Positions 11,422-23,749 of a DNA stretch of 47,276 bases are shown here, one piece after another (the first letter of the stretch is position 1; every line of letters begins with the position of its first letter). Source of the stretch: Toensbergia leucococca (taxonomy: Eukaryota); NCBI GenBank assembly GCA_022813965.1, contig JALDZS010000071.1, positions 62,001 through 109,276 on the forward strand. The letters are read 5' to 3'. Position numbers and translations under genes: made by a program. The notes under the pieces were generated by a model. It was not told the DNA's origin, did no database searches, and worked only from the letters and a program-made list of their open reading frames with translations.

Positions 11422-14400
11422 TCACTCCCCATAAAACCTCCTGAACCGATCCCGCCCTTTCCAACCCACCTCCCCAACAATCCTCTGACAAGCCATCAAC
11501 AACCCCGGAAACCTCCTTGTCCAAAATGTCAGATACCCTCCCGGCAGCCCCCCAACCTTTTCCCGGATCCCCTCCGGCATATCCTCATAATGATTCTTCT
11601 TATTACGTAACGCCCGCAGCAAATCCAACACCTTGCCCCCCTGATACTTCCGCTGCTTCCCTAGCGTCTCCCGAAAATCCCATGGCAGCGCCTGCAAGAA
11701 ATCGCCTCCCTTGGCCTCGGCCAGTATGAGCGGCGCGTAAGATTCCAGGTGGGCGAGAGCGGGAGAAGGAGGATCGCGGGGCTCGAATTCGAAGCCGTCG
11801 CTTACGTGGCAGAGGAACTCAAGGCGGTCTTCAGGGGGCCAGAAGAAAGGGTGGAGGAGGACAGCGAAGGCGTCCGGGCGCGAACGCGGATTGTGACTGA
11901 GCATGCTGCTAATCAGGTCTTTGGCTTCCCATTGGTAGTCGCCGAGGCTCGAAAGGTCGTCGATATTGTAGAGACCTTTGACGATGTTGGCTTCCCGCAT
12001 GTACTTGCCGTCTTTGTCGAAGGGATGGTTGCCGCCTGTAAGGACATAGTAGAAAACGCAGCCGAGGGAGAAGATGTCGATCGCGCGTGTGGCGCGGCGG
12101 TTGGTTTGCGGGTCTACCACGGCGGGTTCGGAACCGTTAGTGCCGACGTGGTTGATTTCAGAGGCTGTCGGCTGGAGTATTGGGCTAACAAGGTCGTCGT
12201 CGACGAGGAGCTCAGGAGCTCGCCATCCAGAAGTCCCAGCTGCATGGGCGGTGGTGGCACGGAAGGAATTTTGGTCTCCTTCTAGCTTTTTGCAAAGTCC
12301 AAAATCTGAGATTAACAGTCGAGGCGGCTGGAAGGTAGATGGATGGGCCGGAAGCGCTTTGGGAGCAGAGACAAGGATATTCTGAGGCTTAATGTCGCGG
12401 TGGACGATCTTCAATGAATGTAGATATCGTACACCAGCGGTAATCTGTTTCAAGACATCTGGCAGGTCTAGCCCGCCAGGTGCTATCAGTAGGGGGTAAT
12501 TGACAGGCTTTTCTATGACGTCCTGGAGCGAGGCGGGACATAGTTCTAGCGCAATGTAGAGAAATTCACCAGCGGATTCCTTGTCGAAGTATCTAATGAC
12601 ATTGGGGTGATCGTCACTTTCTTGAAGCAGCCCTACCTCATGAGAAGCAATTGCATAGAACTCCAAAAGCATGCGTTTCACAGCAACATCTCTGCCTCCA
12701 AATGAGCCCCTATATACCATAGTACCATGACTCCCAAATCCGAGGACAGTATCAGTATAGACCTTCAAGTGCCCAATTCTGACGATTGGTCCGCTGATGT
12801 CTGAAGCGGCACTGCCGGTATCCTCATTGACAGTCACAATGTCTGGTTCCAAGGGCGAGTCTTTTGCGATCTGCATGACCTCTTGCACCGTTTGGTCTAC
12901 GCTATCTTTCTGATCATGCTTGCTGTTACTCCGCTTCTTCTTGTGCTTCGTCCCGCCTCTGCAACCACGACGAGCTTTCTTCTTTCCTGGTTGAGGGGAG
13001 TTTGGTGTTTCATCCTCGTCTGGCGCTGGTGACGGCTCCTGGATTCGGACACGTTGTCCATCATGTCCGCGTCCTCGCTCCTCGTCTATAGATGCCACAG
13101 AGGCAGAGCGACTTCGCGAAAATGTCGGTGGCTCTAATAATGTCGGGCGCCTCGACCTTGTCGGGGTAGTATCGTTGCTCTCTCTTTCAAGAGTCTCTTC
13201 AATTTGCTCTAACGCTGTTTTTGCCATTTCTTCCGACCAAGGCCCCTGTGCGACCATTGGAGATGACGGGACTGAAGAGAGCGGCTGTTCGAGGGTGGGG
13301 AAGACATGCTTTAGCTCAAGCTTCTTTCTGATAAGCCTTGTGATAGTTCTGCGATTGATACCCAGAAATATGCAAGAGATGAAAAATACAAACGCGATGA
13401 AGATATCTGGAGCGTTCGCAGCAGCACTTCCAATGATACGACTGTTTGCTAGGACAGAAACGGATGGTAAAGAAGGTATCTCGGAATGAAGACTTATTGG
13501 AGTGTCATTAATTGGCTCTGTCTCTGGACCTGATATTGTCATGAAACTATTACCCCTATTCTCAAGTTCAGAAAGGGAGTGAACGCCCACGAGGGCCTTC
13601 TGTCGCTGTGCAAGGCTGATAGTCTGCGCAGGGAAATTCATATCCATCCAGTCTTGGTCATAGCACTGTGCCAATTTGGCTCCGCCAGTCACAAGGGGGT
13701 AGATGTTCTCAGACATTGCATACCAGCCTCCAGCTTCGGTATGATTGACGAAAATGCGGTTTCGGTCACTGAAAGTATTGTACAAATATTCACTATCGAG
13801 CGGTCCAACTGGCTGAGGTAAAACGATAAGCTGGGCGTCTGGGCCTTCCGTTGCCATTGGTCGAGCAACATCGAAGACTCTGACTACAGGCGATGGAAGC
13901 TTTTGTGTGTACGATGGCTTTTCATCTATTCTTGCATGGTCGAATCCGTATATACTCCCATCGTGAAGGGAGTACACGTACTTTTTATCCATTGTGGTAG
14001 AGTATTGACTGTGCAAGTCGCTATCTCGATTATTTGGTCCCCATTCTGAATACATCAATGTACATATTGGCTCCGCTGTATCGCCATGCTGAATCCCAAT
14101 GATGTATTCGGTACGACCTAGAATGAGTGAACCACTTGAGCGACACTTTGCGTCATCGAGACTCTCAAGCCCGTTTATTTTCTGGCAGCTCTGTTCATCG
14201 CTTTTAGAGGAACCCCGAGAACTGAAAGTCTTGGTTATATCGCCTGTTCCAGCGTCCACAGTGTATAAAGTGGTTCTTTTCTCAGCGGTGTAGACCACTG
14301 CAGGGTCTTCACCAGAGTATGGCGCCAAGTCCTCCACCAATTTCTTAACAGTCAAGCGTAATCGCTGAAGACCCCCATTGTGACGCTGATTGTAGATATA

Positions 14401-14988
14401 GATTTCTCCGTCTCTGCTCGGCTCCACGATCCACAGGAAATCATCCTCAGGCCTGACATCATCCACTGCAGACCTATTTTGACGATGATAAATCGTTTCT
14501 ACCATTGGCCGATCAACGCCAAGTGCCCACCTTGAGGCTCCCGTGTTCCTATCTCGTGCGTGAATGGACCCATCCACGGTCGCCAAAAGGATAAAATCCT
14601 CAACCTCCCAGTCCTGTAGAGATCGCGCTTGGAGCGGCGAGGAAAGCCCAGCAGACTTGCCAGAGCCTCTTACAGGTTGTGGAGCTCGTACGGCACGGTT
14701 GTCGCCTGCCGGAGCTAGTGTTGCGATGGCGCTCGCTTTGATAGGGTTCAACGATGTATCTTTGAAGTGTTTGTATTTTATCGTTTCTAATTGTCCTTCA
14801 TCCTTCTCGTGATGGGCTCCCGAAGAAGCCGGAAAGCCGTAGCTGTCAGCTACAGACGCCTGTTCGTGTGGTGATTTGCGGTAGTACTGCTGCTCTGGTT
14901 GCTGAGAAGCTACCAGTAAAGGAAAGACGAGCAAGGAAGCTGTCAACGCGGATAAAAAAGCCTTTCCTGCACCAGGATGCCGACGCAT
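11422..14988 (-). CDS. IRE1: Ire1 ER-stress sensor kinase/endoribonuclease (apparently intronless)
   Basis: Signal peptide, luminal domain (LLATVDGSIHARDR), TM helix, kinase (GFGSHGT, VAVKR, HRDIKPQN, SDFGLCKKL, GTSGWRAPE) and KEN RNase (LRALRNKKNHY). First ATG is at 14988. Confidence 0.97.
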   Translation of the reverse strand: MRRHPGAGKAFLSALTASLLVFPLLVASQQPEQQYYRKSPHEQASVADSYGFPASSGAHHEKDEGQLETIKYKHFKDTSLNPIKASAIATLAPAGDNRAVRAPQPVRGSGKSAGLSSPLQARSLQDWEVEDFILLATVDGSIHARDRNTGASRWALGVDRPMVETIYHRQNRSAVDDVRPEDDFLWIVEPSRDGEIYIYNQRHNGGLQRLRLTVKKLVEDLAPYSGEDPAVVYTAEKRTTLYTVDAGTGDITKTFSSRGSSKSDEQSCQKINGLESLDDAKCRSSGSLILGRTEYIIGIQHGDTAEPICTLMYSEWGPNNRDSDLHSQYSTTMDKKYVYSLHDGSIYGFDHARIDEKPSYTQKLPSPVVRVFDVARPMATEGPDAQLIVLPQPVGPLDSEYLYNTFSDRNRIFVNHTEAGGWYAMSENIYPLVTGGAKLAQCYDQDWMDMNFPAQTISLAQRQKALVGVHSLSELENRGNSFMTISGPETEPINDTPISLHSEIPSLPSVSVLANSRIIGSAAANAPDIFIAFVFFISCIFLGINRRTITRLIRKKLELKHVFPTLEQPLSSVPSSPMVAQGPWSEEMAKTALEQIEETLERESNDTTPTRSRRPTLLEPPTFSRSRSASVASIDEERGRGHDGQRVRIQEPSPAPDEDETPNSPQPGKKKARRGCRGGTKHKKKRSNSKHDQKDSVDQTVQEVMQIAKDSPLEPDIVTVNEDTGSAASDISGPIVRIGHLKVYTDTVLGFGSHGTMVYRGSFGGRDVAVKRMLLEFYAIASHEVGLLQESDDHPNVIRYFDKESAGEFLYIALELCPASLQDVIEKPVNYPLLIAPGGLDLPDVLKQITAGVRYLHSLKIVHRDIKPQNILVSAPKALPAHPSTFQPPRLLISDFGLCKKLEGDQNSFRATTAHAAGTSGWRAPELLVDDDLVSPILQPTASEINHVGTNGSEPAVVDPQTNRRATRAIDIFSLGCVFYYVLTGGNHPFDKDGKYMREANIVKGLYNIDDLSSLGDYQWEAKDLISSMLSHNPRSRPDAFAVLLHPFFWPPEDRLEFLCHVSDGFEFEPRDPPSPALAHLESYAPLILAEAKGGDFLQALPWDFRETLGKQRKYQGGKVLDLLRALRNKKNHYEDMPEGIREKVGGLPGGYLTFWTRRFPGLLMACQRIVGEVGWKGRDRFRRFYGE

Positions 14989-15624
14989 TATGAAAGAGAG
15001 TGACAAGGCTGGTAGCAAGCCTGGAGCGGGCCAGAGTTCTAGACTAGATGGTTACGGATGAAAAGGTTATGCTCAAGCTCTTCGCGATAGTGAATCTTGC
15101 ATGATCGATGAGATATTGATGATAGATTCATACGCGTAGATGGTGAAGGGGATTCGAAGATGGGATGGGAATTGAAAGTTGAAACAAGGGCGCAGCAAGG
15201 TAAGGATTCAGGCAGGAAGGAGGTCGTCGTACAGTCAGCGTCCCTCGAACCGCATCAATAAGGTACGCCGAGGCCGATCTCCGGATTAATATCCGAGCGT
15301 TGCGCCTATTCTTAGCGCACCCGATCCCCTGATTGCGTAACCCGCTACCCACTCAATTAGGAATTCAAATTCGAAGGCCGATCTACTTCACGAGCCATTG
15401 ATTGTGGTTGTGTGCTTGCTATCCTTTTATCATTCTTTTTCGAACAGGGCCACCTTGGCAAAGTGGCATTTTACAACAAGGCTCCCTACATCAGCCCCCG
15501 TTCGTTGGCGGCGTGGAGAACACTAACGCTAGCATTTCATCATCAAATGGTTGGACAATGGTATCTAAGTACTATCTACACATAAGCCAACGCCTTCTAG
15601 ACTCTTTGAAACTGCCAAGAAGAT

Positions 15625-17376
15625 CTACATCCTCTCTCGCTTACGTGGAGCGCTGCGAATGATGTTGTCCACTCGTAAAAGCAACTATGGCCAGTCAGCA
15701 TACGATTCACTAGAGTCTCTAGGTAGATGACTCTACTTGCCTCTGCAGCTTCCGATGCCGATGACACCACCGCACGCTTGAGTTTGTAGCTCTCTATCAC
15801 GCCCATATCCCGCATGTCTGCTATGCCTCCCCCAGGTGTCATCAAATCCAATCCTGAGCTCGTCATTCCCTTGTAAATGGCTTCTCTCAGCCTCTCGACT
15901 AGATCACTAGAGTCGAAGCCGGCATTGTCTGCTAGGATGGTGGGCAGTTGTCGCAGGGCTATAGCAAAGGAATCCACTGCTATCGCCTTTTTGCCTCCAG
16001 CGTTCCGGGCCGCCTGATCGACGGCATTGGCCATGACCATCTCAGCGCATCCACCGCCAAGCGTTGTCTTGGGTTCCTGAACAGTTTGGGATAAGACAGC
16101 GAGCGCATCATGAAGTGATCTCTCCGCCTCGTCCAAGAGTTGCTCAGTCGCTCCTCTCAGTACGATTGTGCAAGCTTGGCCTGCGGCAACACCAGAGAAT
16201 TTTATCAGAGTATCTTCTCCGATGATGACTTCCTCGATGAGGTCGCAATGACCTAGTTTGACGCTTTCCGGGTGATCAAAAGTCGAAGCGATCTCGCCTC
16301 CTGTGACTAAAGCCAATCGTTCTATACCATCAAAGTCTGCATGTTCTATTGAAATGATGCCGGCGTCCGAAAAGAGCTGCTCAGGCCAATTATAGATCAA
16401 TTGCCGATTAACAAAGCAATTTATACCATGAGCCTTGATCTTTTCCACTTTGGCCTTCATCTTCTCTCTCTCAGCCTTTTCAAGTTCGGCCAACTTTCCT
16501 GTGGAATCAACTTTTACTCTTGCGCCAAATATTTTGATTTTGTCCGTATCCATAGCAGTATTTGCCACTAAAATCTTCGCGTTCTCTAGTCTCTTTGGTT
16601 GGTTAACTCCTATCCGTTTGTCTAGAATGAAACCCTCATCAAGGTACGAATCATTGAGCTTTCCGCCTGCTTTTTTAATGATTTGTATATGACTCAAATC
16701 TGTAGACCCTTTCATTCTCAGGACGGCATCACACGCCAACTCTGCGAAGTGAGTTCGGTCTTGACTGAGTACCTTGGAGCTCAATGTAGTCCTTGCGATT
16801 GCTAAGAGATCCTTACGGAAAGCCGCCTTATCGTTGCTATGATCCATAGCAGTCTTCTCAAGAGCTACCAATGCAGCGTGGCTTGCTATTCTATAACCTT
16901 CTATGATCGTTTGGGGGTGTATCTTCTTCTCCACAAGTTTCTCTGCCTCCCTAAGTAGTTCCGCAGCGAGGACAGTTACTGACGTTGTCCCGTCGCCAAC
17001 TTCATCATCTTGCACTTTTGAGATGTTGACAAGAACTTTCGCAGCGGCATTATCGAGTGCGATTGCCTTTAAGATAGTAGCTCCGTCGTTGGTAACCATG
17101 ATTTCTCCGGTTGAACTAGACCTTGTGCTCAGTATTTGGACCAGATCTCGGACTGATTTTCTGCCTACGCTGATTGAAGTATTTTATCCATACCCTTTGG
17201 TCCTAGAGTGCTCTTTACCAGGTCTCCAACAGCGATAGCACCAACAAAGGCGGAAAGACGCGCATTCTCGCCCTTTTCTTGCGTGACATCGTCGCCGAAT
17301 ATCTGGGTAGGGTTGAAGGCGGCCTATACATAGTTAGGGAGAGCTCCATGAGACCTGACTATAGAGTGAGTACCAT
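15625..17376 (-). CDS. CCT2: T-complex protein 1 subunit beta; exons 17376-17374, 17323-17169, 17115-15741, 15684-15625
   Basis: [46 protein letters not shown] and C-terminal [18 protein letters not shown]. The first exon is the ATG alone; the last intron has a GC donor. Confidence 0.96.
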
Positions 17377-17886
17377 CTGTAAGTCCTGATTTCGAGCTTA
17401 ACAAGAGAGCACTCGAAATATTCCTTGTGGCAGACGCGAGGCAAGCCAAATTATTCAGCCCCAGCCTTACTAGCCAGCTATGCTAACGCAACTGGACCTA
17501 GCGCGAAACTCGCGCAACAGCCAATCGTGCCAATCAAGCCCTGCTTGTTGTCGTCCAAATCGCCAAACGAGGAGAGATTTACTGCAATCCTCCAATTTTT
17601 GACTTTGCAGTAGCTCTAGGGAACCAAGTTCTCTTCACATAGTGCAGTCGAATTCTATGCCGGTAGATTTCTCCCTGGAGCCTCATACATGAATTTTGAG
17701 CCTCAGGATTTTATTCTATGAAAATGCTATTATGAGGAGTTCATATGGTCTTCTTCCTATCTTCCATGAAACACTCTGTTCCTGCTGATGAGATAAATCG
17801 GTTATGATCACTAGCAATGCAAAGTGCCGTTGACCAGCAAATCAAAACAGTTGATTTCAAAAATGCAAGGGTATCGTTGCAAACTA

Positions 17887-19683
17887 TCAATCCGTCATAC
17901 TTCGATGAGAAAATATCAGCTCAGCTTCCACTGCCTTCTCATCTTCCACTGCTCGTGACAAGGCTGTCAGGGCTTCCTCAAAACTGCATGGATCATTTTC
18001 GGTATGCATAGCCAATGCCAAGACTGGAAGTCGACGCAGAGTGCGTCCGCTGAAGTTCTAAGTTTCAAACCCAAGTCAGCAATGTTAATTCTGGCCACGG
18101 TGATTGATAAAGAGCCACACACGATACTTTTCTTGGCAACCTCCCACAGCTTCCTTGGATTGGAGTCCAATTCGCAACCAAAATGCAACTGCATGAGGTC
18201 ATACGCTGGTAGGAGCTTCTCGTCGAGATTCTGGTGGTGGCGTTCGAATATTACGGTATCCGGTGACTCGCTGTCTGTTCCGTCGTTCGAGATGCGTGCA
18301 TTGTTGGTCTCGTAATGATGCACTTGAGCAATGATACCACATTGTGCGAGTTCTAGGTAAGAGGTGCGGTAAATCTCATACCTAGCCTTTGCACATGGAT
18401 TAGGAATAAACTGCTTTACGTCGACACGGTCCAGAAACGCATGGTCCTAGAAAATGTCAACTACGAGATTCGTGAAAGCTTAGCATACTGACCATTGCCT
18501 TGATTAGATTAGTAGTGCATAGAATCACGACATTCGGTCGGTGACGGAGACGATCAAGTGCAATTAGCAAAGCATTGACAGCCTATACAGATCTCAGCTC
18601 ACTGGATACTGTCCTTTGATCAGATAAGACTGTACCCTCAAAGCGTCTCGAGGCTCATTGCTGTGAACAGACTGTTCTCTAGTACTTGTCATGCTTTCGA
18701 TCTCGTCAATGAAGACAACGACCAATGTGCTCTCATCTTCGTCTAGCATTGCTTCAATCGATTCGAACATTTTGCTCACGAGCTTGCCACTTTCGCTAAA
18801 GTACTTGCTAAAAAGCGAATGCGCGTCAATCTCGACCATTTTGCTAGTAGGATAAAGCCTTCTCAAGCGTATTGAGAGCTTCTGAGCCAAGGCACGGCAA
18901 AGACTTGTCTTTCCGGTTCCAGGGGGCCCATGTAGCAGGATCAGCCGATTCCAGCTAACTGTGTGGTAATCGAGTTGCCGAGTAGAGAAAGACACTGATC
19001 ATTGTTAGCTGCTTCTATAGTCTTACACTGGAGTGTGCTCTGGCCTACTCATGCGCACGACAAGCTGGAGCATTTTGGAGGGTAAAGGTTCGTTGAATAT
19101 CAAGCTGCAGAAGACGGTTACGTGGATAATTCAGGGACGATTAGGAGTGCCAGCGTACGAGTCCCAAATACCATGCAGGCTTCGACTGGGTAAGTTGGTA
19201 ATTTTAGCTTGAGATAACTCGCCATCCTCATTACTCTCTTCACTTTGATTATGATCACCAGATGGGAGCTGATGGTCACGATAGCCATGCAACTGATAGA
19301 CTTCCACATTGATATCCACGTCAGCAAGCTCAATGATAGGCTCTGGTTCGACGATTCCTGCAATAGCGGCAATCCTAAAGTCAACAGCACTGGGATTGGT
19401 TATGTTCAAGCCGGCTGTATAGCATTAAGTGATTGCTGTAGGCAACGAAAGACCATGTAGGTAGCATACGAAATTCTGTAATAGATTGGTTGAGCTCCAC
19501 AGTCAAGTAATTGTTTCTGAGCCATGTAGCAATGTCTTCAGGTAGCTGATGATGCCTAATCAGAAGCAGCTGGTAGTGCTTTCATGAAGTATCTCATACA
19601 AGTCTCGGTCCCGCTCCCACCACATTTGTGCAAACCTCGACGTGCAAAATGGGCTTCGGCTGCAGATGTGCTGTCGATGTCAT
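17887..19683 (-). CDS. PCH2: Pachytene checkpoint AAA+ ATPase Pch2/TRIP13 (multi-exon)
   Basis: N-terminal LHVEV, LPSRSLHGIWDS, WNRLILLHGPPGTGKTSLCRALAQKLSIR, HSLFSKYFSESGKLV, FIDEIES, AFLDRVDVK and SGRTLRRLP across about 8 exons. The 5' exon boundaries are approximate. Confidence 0.9.
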
Positions 19684-20313
19684 TGCATCAATTTCGACCA
19701 TCACAATCTAAAAGATCGGAAGAAGGAGGAACGTATCAATCTCTCAGCCGGAGAAGCAGTGGAATGGTTCGAAAGCTAGAAGTATTTTATATTGATGAGA
19801 ATGTAAGCCGACCTTGGATCTTGGCATTTTATAGGTGCGTACTCATTTCCATGCCACCCTCCTGATCGTTCAATACCAACAGCTTAAACTAGAAACAAAG
19901 ACTCCGCAGATCAGAGGCGTGTAGGGTGAAGCGTCAAATCAAGTATCTAGTGTACTTGATAGAACATGAGAAACTTGGACAGGTCTTTGATTCAAGATCC
20001 TAGATCCTCTGAACAATCGTAATGGTACTCCGTACGTCCATATTTAATAGCGTAGCGAGCACAATACGGATTGCCTCAGATTTATGAAGGAGGCTGTATC
20101 GAGATATTCTGTATCTGTTAGGAAATCAAAGGTCTTCAAGGCGCCTTGCTGCATTGAGCCTAGTGGATAAGATAGACCCAACAATGGATGACATCTGCAC
20201 AACGTCGTCACTTCCAAGGCACGTCGTCAATCTGGAATTTCAACAGACAATCGCCTTCTTTCCCTTAGCTTGACATACCCATCTGATGATACTTGGCGCA
20301 AGGTCTCGTCGCA

Positions 20314-23029
20314 ATGACTAAATATGATCAGACAGCAGATCAGAGAGACACCATAACTCAGTCAATAATCTCCCTCGCCTTGGGCCTTAGTGCTTTCCTT
20401 GCTTTCTGCGTCAGTCCATCATTGGATACTTAATCAGCTTGAGAAGAGCCAAAGCTGACGTGTGTGCATGCTTTAGATTCTCAGACCACGATGGACAGGT
20501 CTTTACGCTGCCCGGAAAAGACAGAAAGACGCCGCCTCGAGGCTCCCCGAACTTCCCGATACTTTTCTTGGATGGATTCCGACCTTGTACAGAATATCAG
20601 AAAAAGAGGTTCTTGCCTCGGCAGGTCTTGACGCTTTTGTTGTAGGTAATCCTTGCTCAGTGAGGTGCCTCGAGATACCAACTATAGTATAGTTCTTAGC
20701 CTTCTTTAGGATGGCTATCAAATTCTTGACCGTCACCTTGTTCTTCTCCCTAGTCATCATACTTCCAGTACATGCGCATTATCTCGGAGACTATGGCACT
20801 GGACATCGGAACAATAGCACCACCACAGAGTATTACGAGCCGCAATCAAATGTATACAGACAGCACGTTGTGTCCCTGGATCTTCGAGACATTGTAACCA
20901 AGGCCGGGAAGAAGGCCGTCCCGAGCATTCCACAGAATGTTCTCTGGATGTACGTCGCCCTTGTCTACCTCTTTTCGGCGCTCGCTATGTATTTGATCAT
21001 CAGTGAGACCAAGAGGATTATCAGCATACGACAAGAATTCCTCGGCAGTCAAACCACTATTACAGACAGAACCATTCGGCTTTCTGGGATACCGTCTGAG
21101 CTCAGGTCCGAAGAGAAAATCAAGGAAACCATAGAGAGCCTGGAAATTGGCAAAGTCGAAAGCGTTATGTTGTGTAAGAATTGGAAAGAGCTAGACGATT
21201 TGTTGGGCCATAGGATGAACATCCTACGAAAGCTCGAAGAGGCTTGGACCGTACATCTTGGCTCTAAGCGTGAAGACAGGGCTCGAGTATCCTTGCAAGG
21301 ATCAGATAGGGATAACGATAACGACGAACAATCTCGGCTTCTTAATGGCGATGGCAATGGCCTCGAATCAGATCACGGGACTGCCTTTGCTCATGATCGG
21401 CCCGTGACGAGGATCTGGTATGGTTTCATGCACCTACAGAGCAGACGGATTGATGCTATAGATTACTATGAAGAGACACTTCGGAATTTAGATGAAAAAA
21501 TCAAGTCAACACGCGAGAAAGAGTTTAGTCCAACACCATTAGCTTTCGTGACTCTTGATTCAGTCGCTGCAAGCGTAAGTTCTGCATAGCCCCAGAATAT
21601 TCTTGATTAACACGCAGTAGCAAATGGCTGTGCAGGCAATCATGGATCCTGAGCCTATGCAACTAGTCGCCAACCTTGCGCCTGCACCTTCGGACGTTAT
21701 CTGGCAAAATACCTATCTCTCCCGCAAGAACCGCATGATAAGAGCTTGGTCAATAACTCTTATTATTGCCTTCCTTACCGTCTTCTGGTCGTTGTTGCTA
21801 ATCCCATTAGCTGGTCTTCTGAATTTAGACTCCATTGGAAAGGTTTGGCCAGGACTGGCAAAAGCACTCGAGCAACACGATATATCCAGAACCCTGATTC
21901 AGACGGGTCTCCCCACCCTCTTGATCTCGTTGCTGAATGTCGCCGTCCCGTACATCTACTACTGTAAGTCTCCTGTAGATGATTCAAAAACCTTGACTGA
22001 CTCTATCTCAGGGCTCTCCAGTCTGCAAGGGATGATATCGCAAGGCGATGTCGAATTGTCCGTCATATCGAAGAACTTCTTCTTCACATTTTTCAATCTC
22101 TTCATCGTGTTCACTATCTTCGGTACGGCGTCAAATGCGTATGGCTTCTTCAACCGGATAGGGGACTCCCTCAAAGACACGACTAGTATTGCCCACGTGC
22201 TGGCCACTTCTCTCCAAGGACTAGCTCCATTCTATATCAATCTCATCGTCCTACAGGGTATTGGATTATTTCCTTTCAGATTGTTGGAGTTTGGTAGTGT
22301 TGCGCTCTACCCAGTCAGTCTAATGGGCGCCAAAACTCCGAGAGGTACAACAATATCTCTCTTTTCATTGCCTGATACAGGCCTTGTCACTGACATGATT
22401 TTGCAGATTACGCGGAATTGGTACAACCGCCAGTATTCAGTTACGGCTTCTACCTTCCTCAGACGATACTTATTTTCATCATCTGTATCGTGTATAGTGT
22501 TCTACCCAGCTCTTGGCAAATTCTCTTATTTGGTTTGATATATTTCGTCATCGGAAGTTTTACATATAAATACCAATTGCTCTACGCCATGGATCATCGT
22601 CAACATTCGACGGGTAAAGCATGGGCTATCATCTGCAATCGCATCGTCCTTGGCCTCGGCGTTTTCCAAATTGCGATGGCAGGGGTTTTGGCACTTCAAT
22701 CAGCCATTACGCCGCCGGTGCTGATCGTACCTTTACTTGCCGGCACTGTGTGGTTCAGTTATTTTTTCCGGCGCACTTACGAGCCGCTGATGGAGTACAT
22801 TGCTTTACGCAGTCTCCAGAGCGGAGATTTCTCTAGTACACTGCCTCGTGGCGAGTCCAGATACGATAGTGAAACTTCTCGAGGCAGGGACGTAGACGAG
22901 GATGAAAGGACCGGCTTGAGGTTCATCAATCCGAGTCTCATTATTCCTCTTGAAGATGTCTGGCTCGCTCGGAAAAGGGTAAATGATTCTAATCATGTGG
23001 TTGCGACAGAAAGTCAGGACAATGTATGA
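20314..23029 (+). CDS. CSC1/OSCA (DUF221/RSN1) calcium-permeable stress-gated channel, multi-exon
   Basis: AFCILRPRW, SAGLDAFVFLAFFRM, DRTIRLSGIP, AFVTLDS, APAPSDVIWQN, KNFFFTFFNLF and YKYQLLYAM, with many TM segments and canonical introns. Confidence 0.92.
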
Positions 23030-23749
23030 TTCTTTCTCGTATCCAATATATCCGTACTAGTTTACAAATATGATGCATTAAGCGAGTGGATGTTGGGACT
23101 GTACGAGTATACTTTTCTTGTTCAAGTAGCGCCTTCCCTGATTTTATCAAGATGATACTTGTACAGCATCGAGCCTGCTTTGGTAGAGGATTTCTATCTA
23201 CGGTTGTATCCGCGGGACTTATTCCTCCAGGCCATTGACTAAGGTACTTTAAGTCGTTAATCGTTTCCTGATCTGCCATCGTGCCTGTCCCTCCCGATCC
23301 ACCACTCAACTTGTTTATCTACACACATTCGTTCCATTTTCTCCATCGTAACAGGCAAAATCTGGGCAACCTCTCACTGTCTTGATTGTTATCACTCTTA
23401 CTTCAATCTAAAAAGGCGAAAGGTGCTGTGCGCATAGCTTTTGTCCGTGGACTTGACAGCCTTCAAAACGTCTTCCGAAATCCTCCTCTCCAGGGGAGTC
23501 GCTAGCTCCGATTCAGAGTTTACTGCCACTACTTTCTCTGCAGCGGCTCCTCTCATATCTGTCTTCCAGAACGAGTCCGTCTGTATTATAGCCCTGGGCC
23601 CGCCTGCTCGATCTACCGTTATTCGATACGCTTGCTCTCCTTCTCCAAGCCCTTTTATACCTATCAGCATATCTTCCGAGGCTACTTCTCCTGCAAATCC
23701 CAACACAGTGCAACGACTCGGAGAAACACCTCTTCTCCTGCCTATCGAT

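Noticed and set aside
11022..11444. 140-aa K/T/P-rich ORF
   Set aside because: Antisense to the T/G-rich IRE1 3' UTR; a compositional artefact.
20184..20273. 29-codon upstream ORF before the CSC1/OSCA gene
   Set aside because: The transcription start is unknown and short ORFs of this size are expected by chance.
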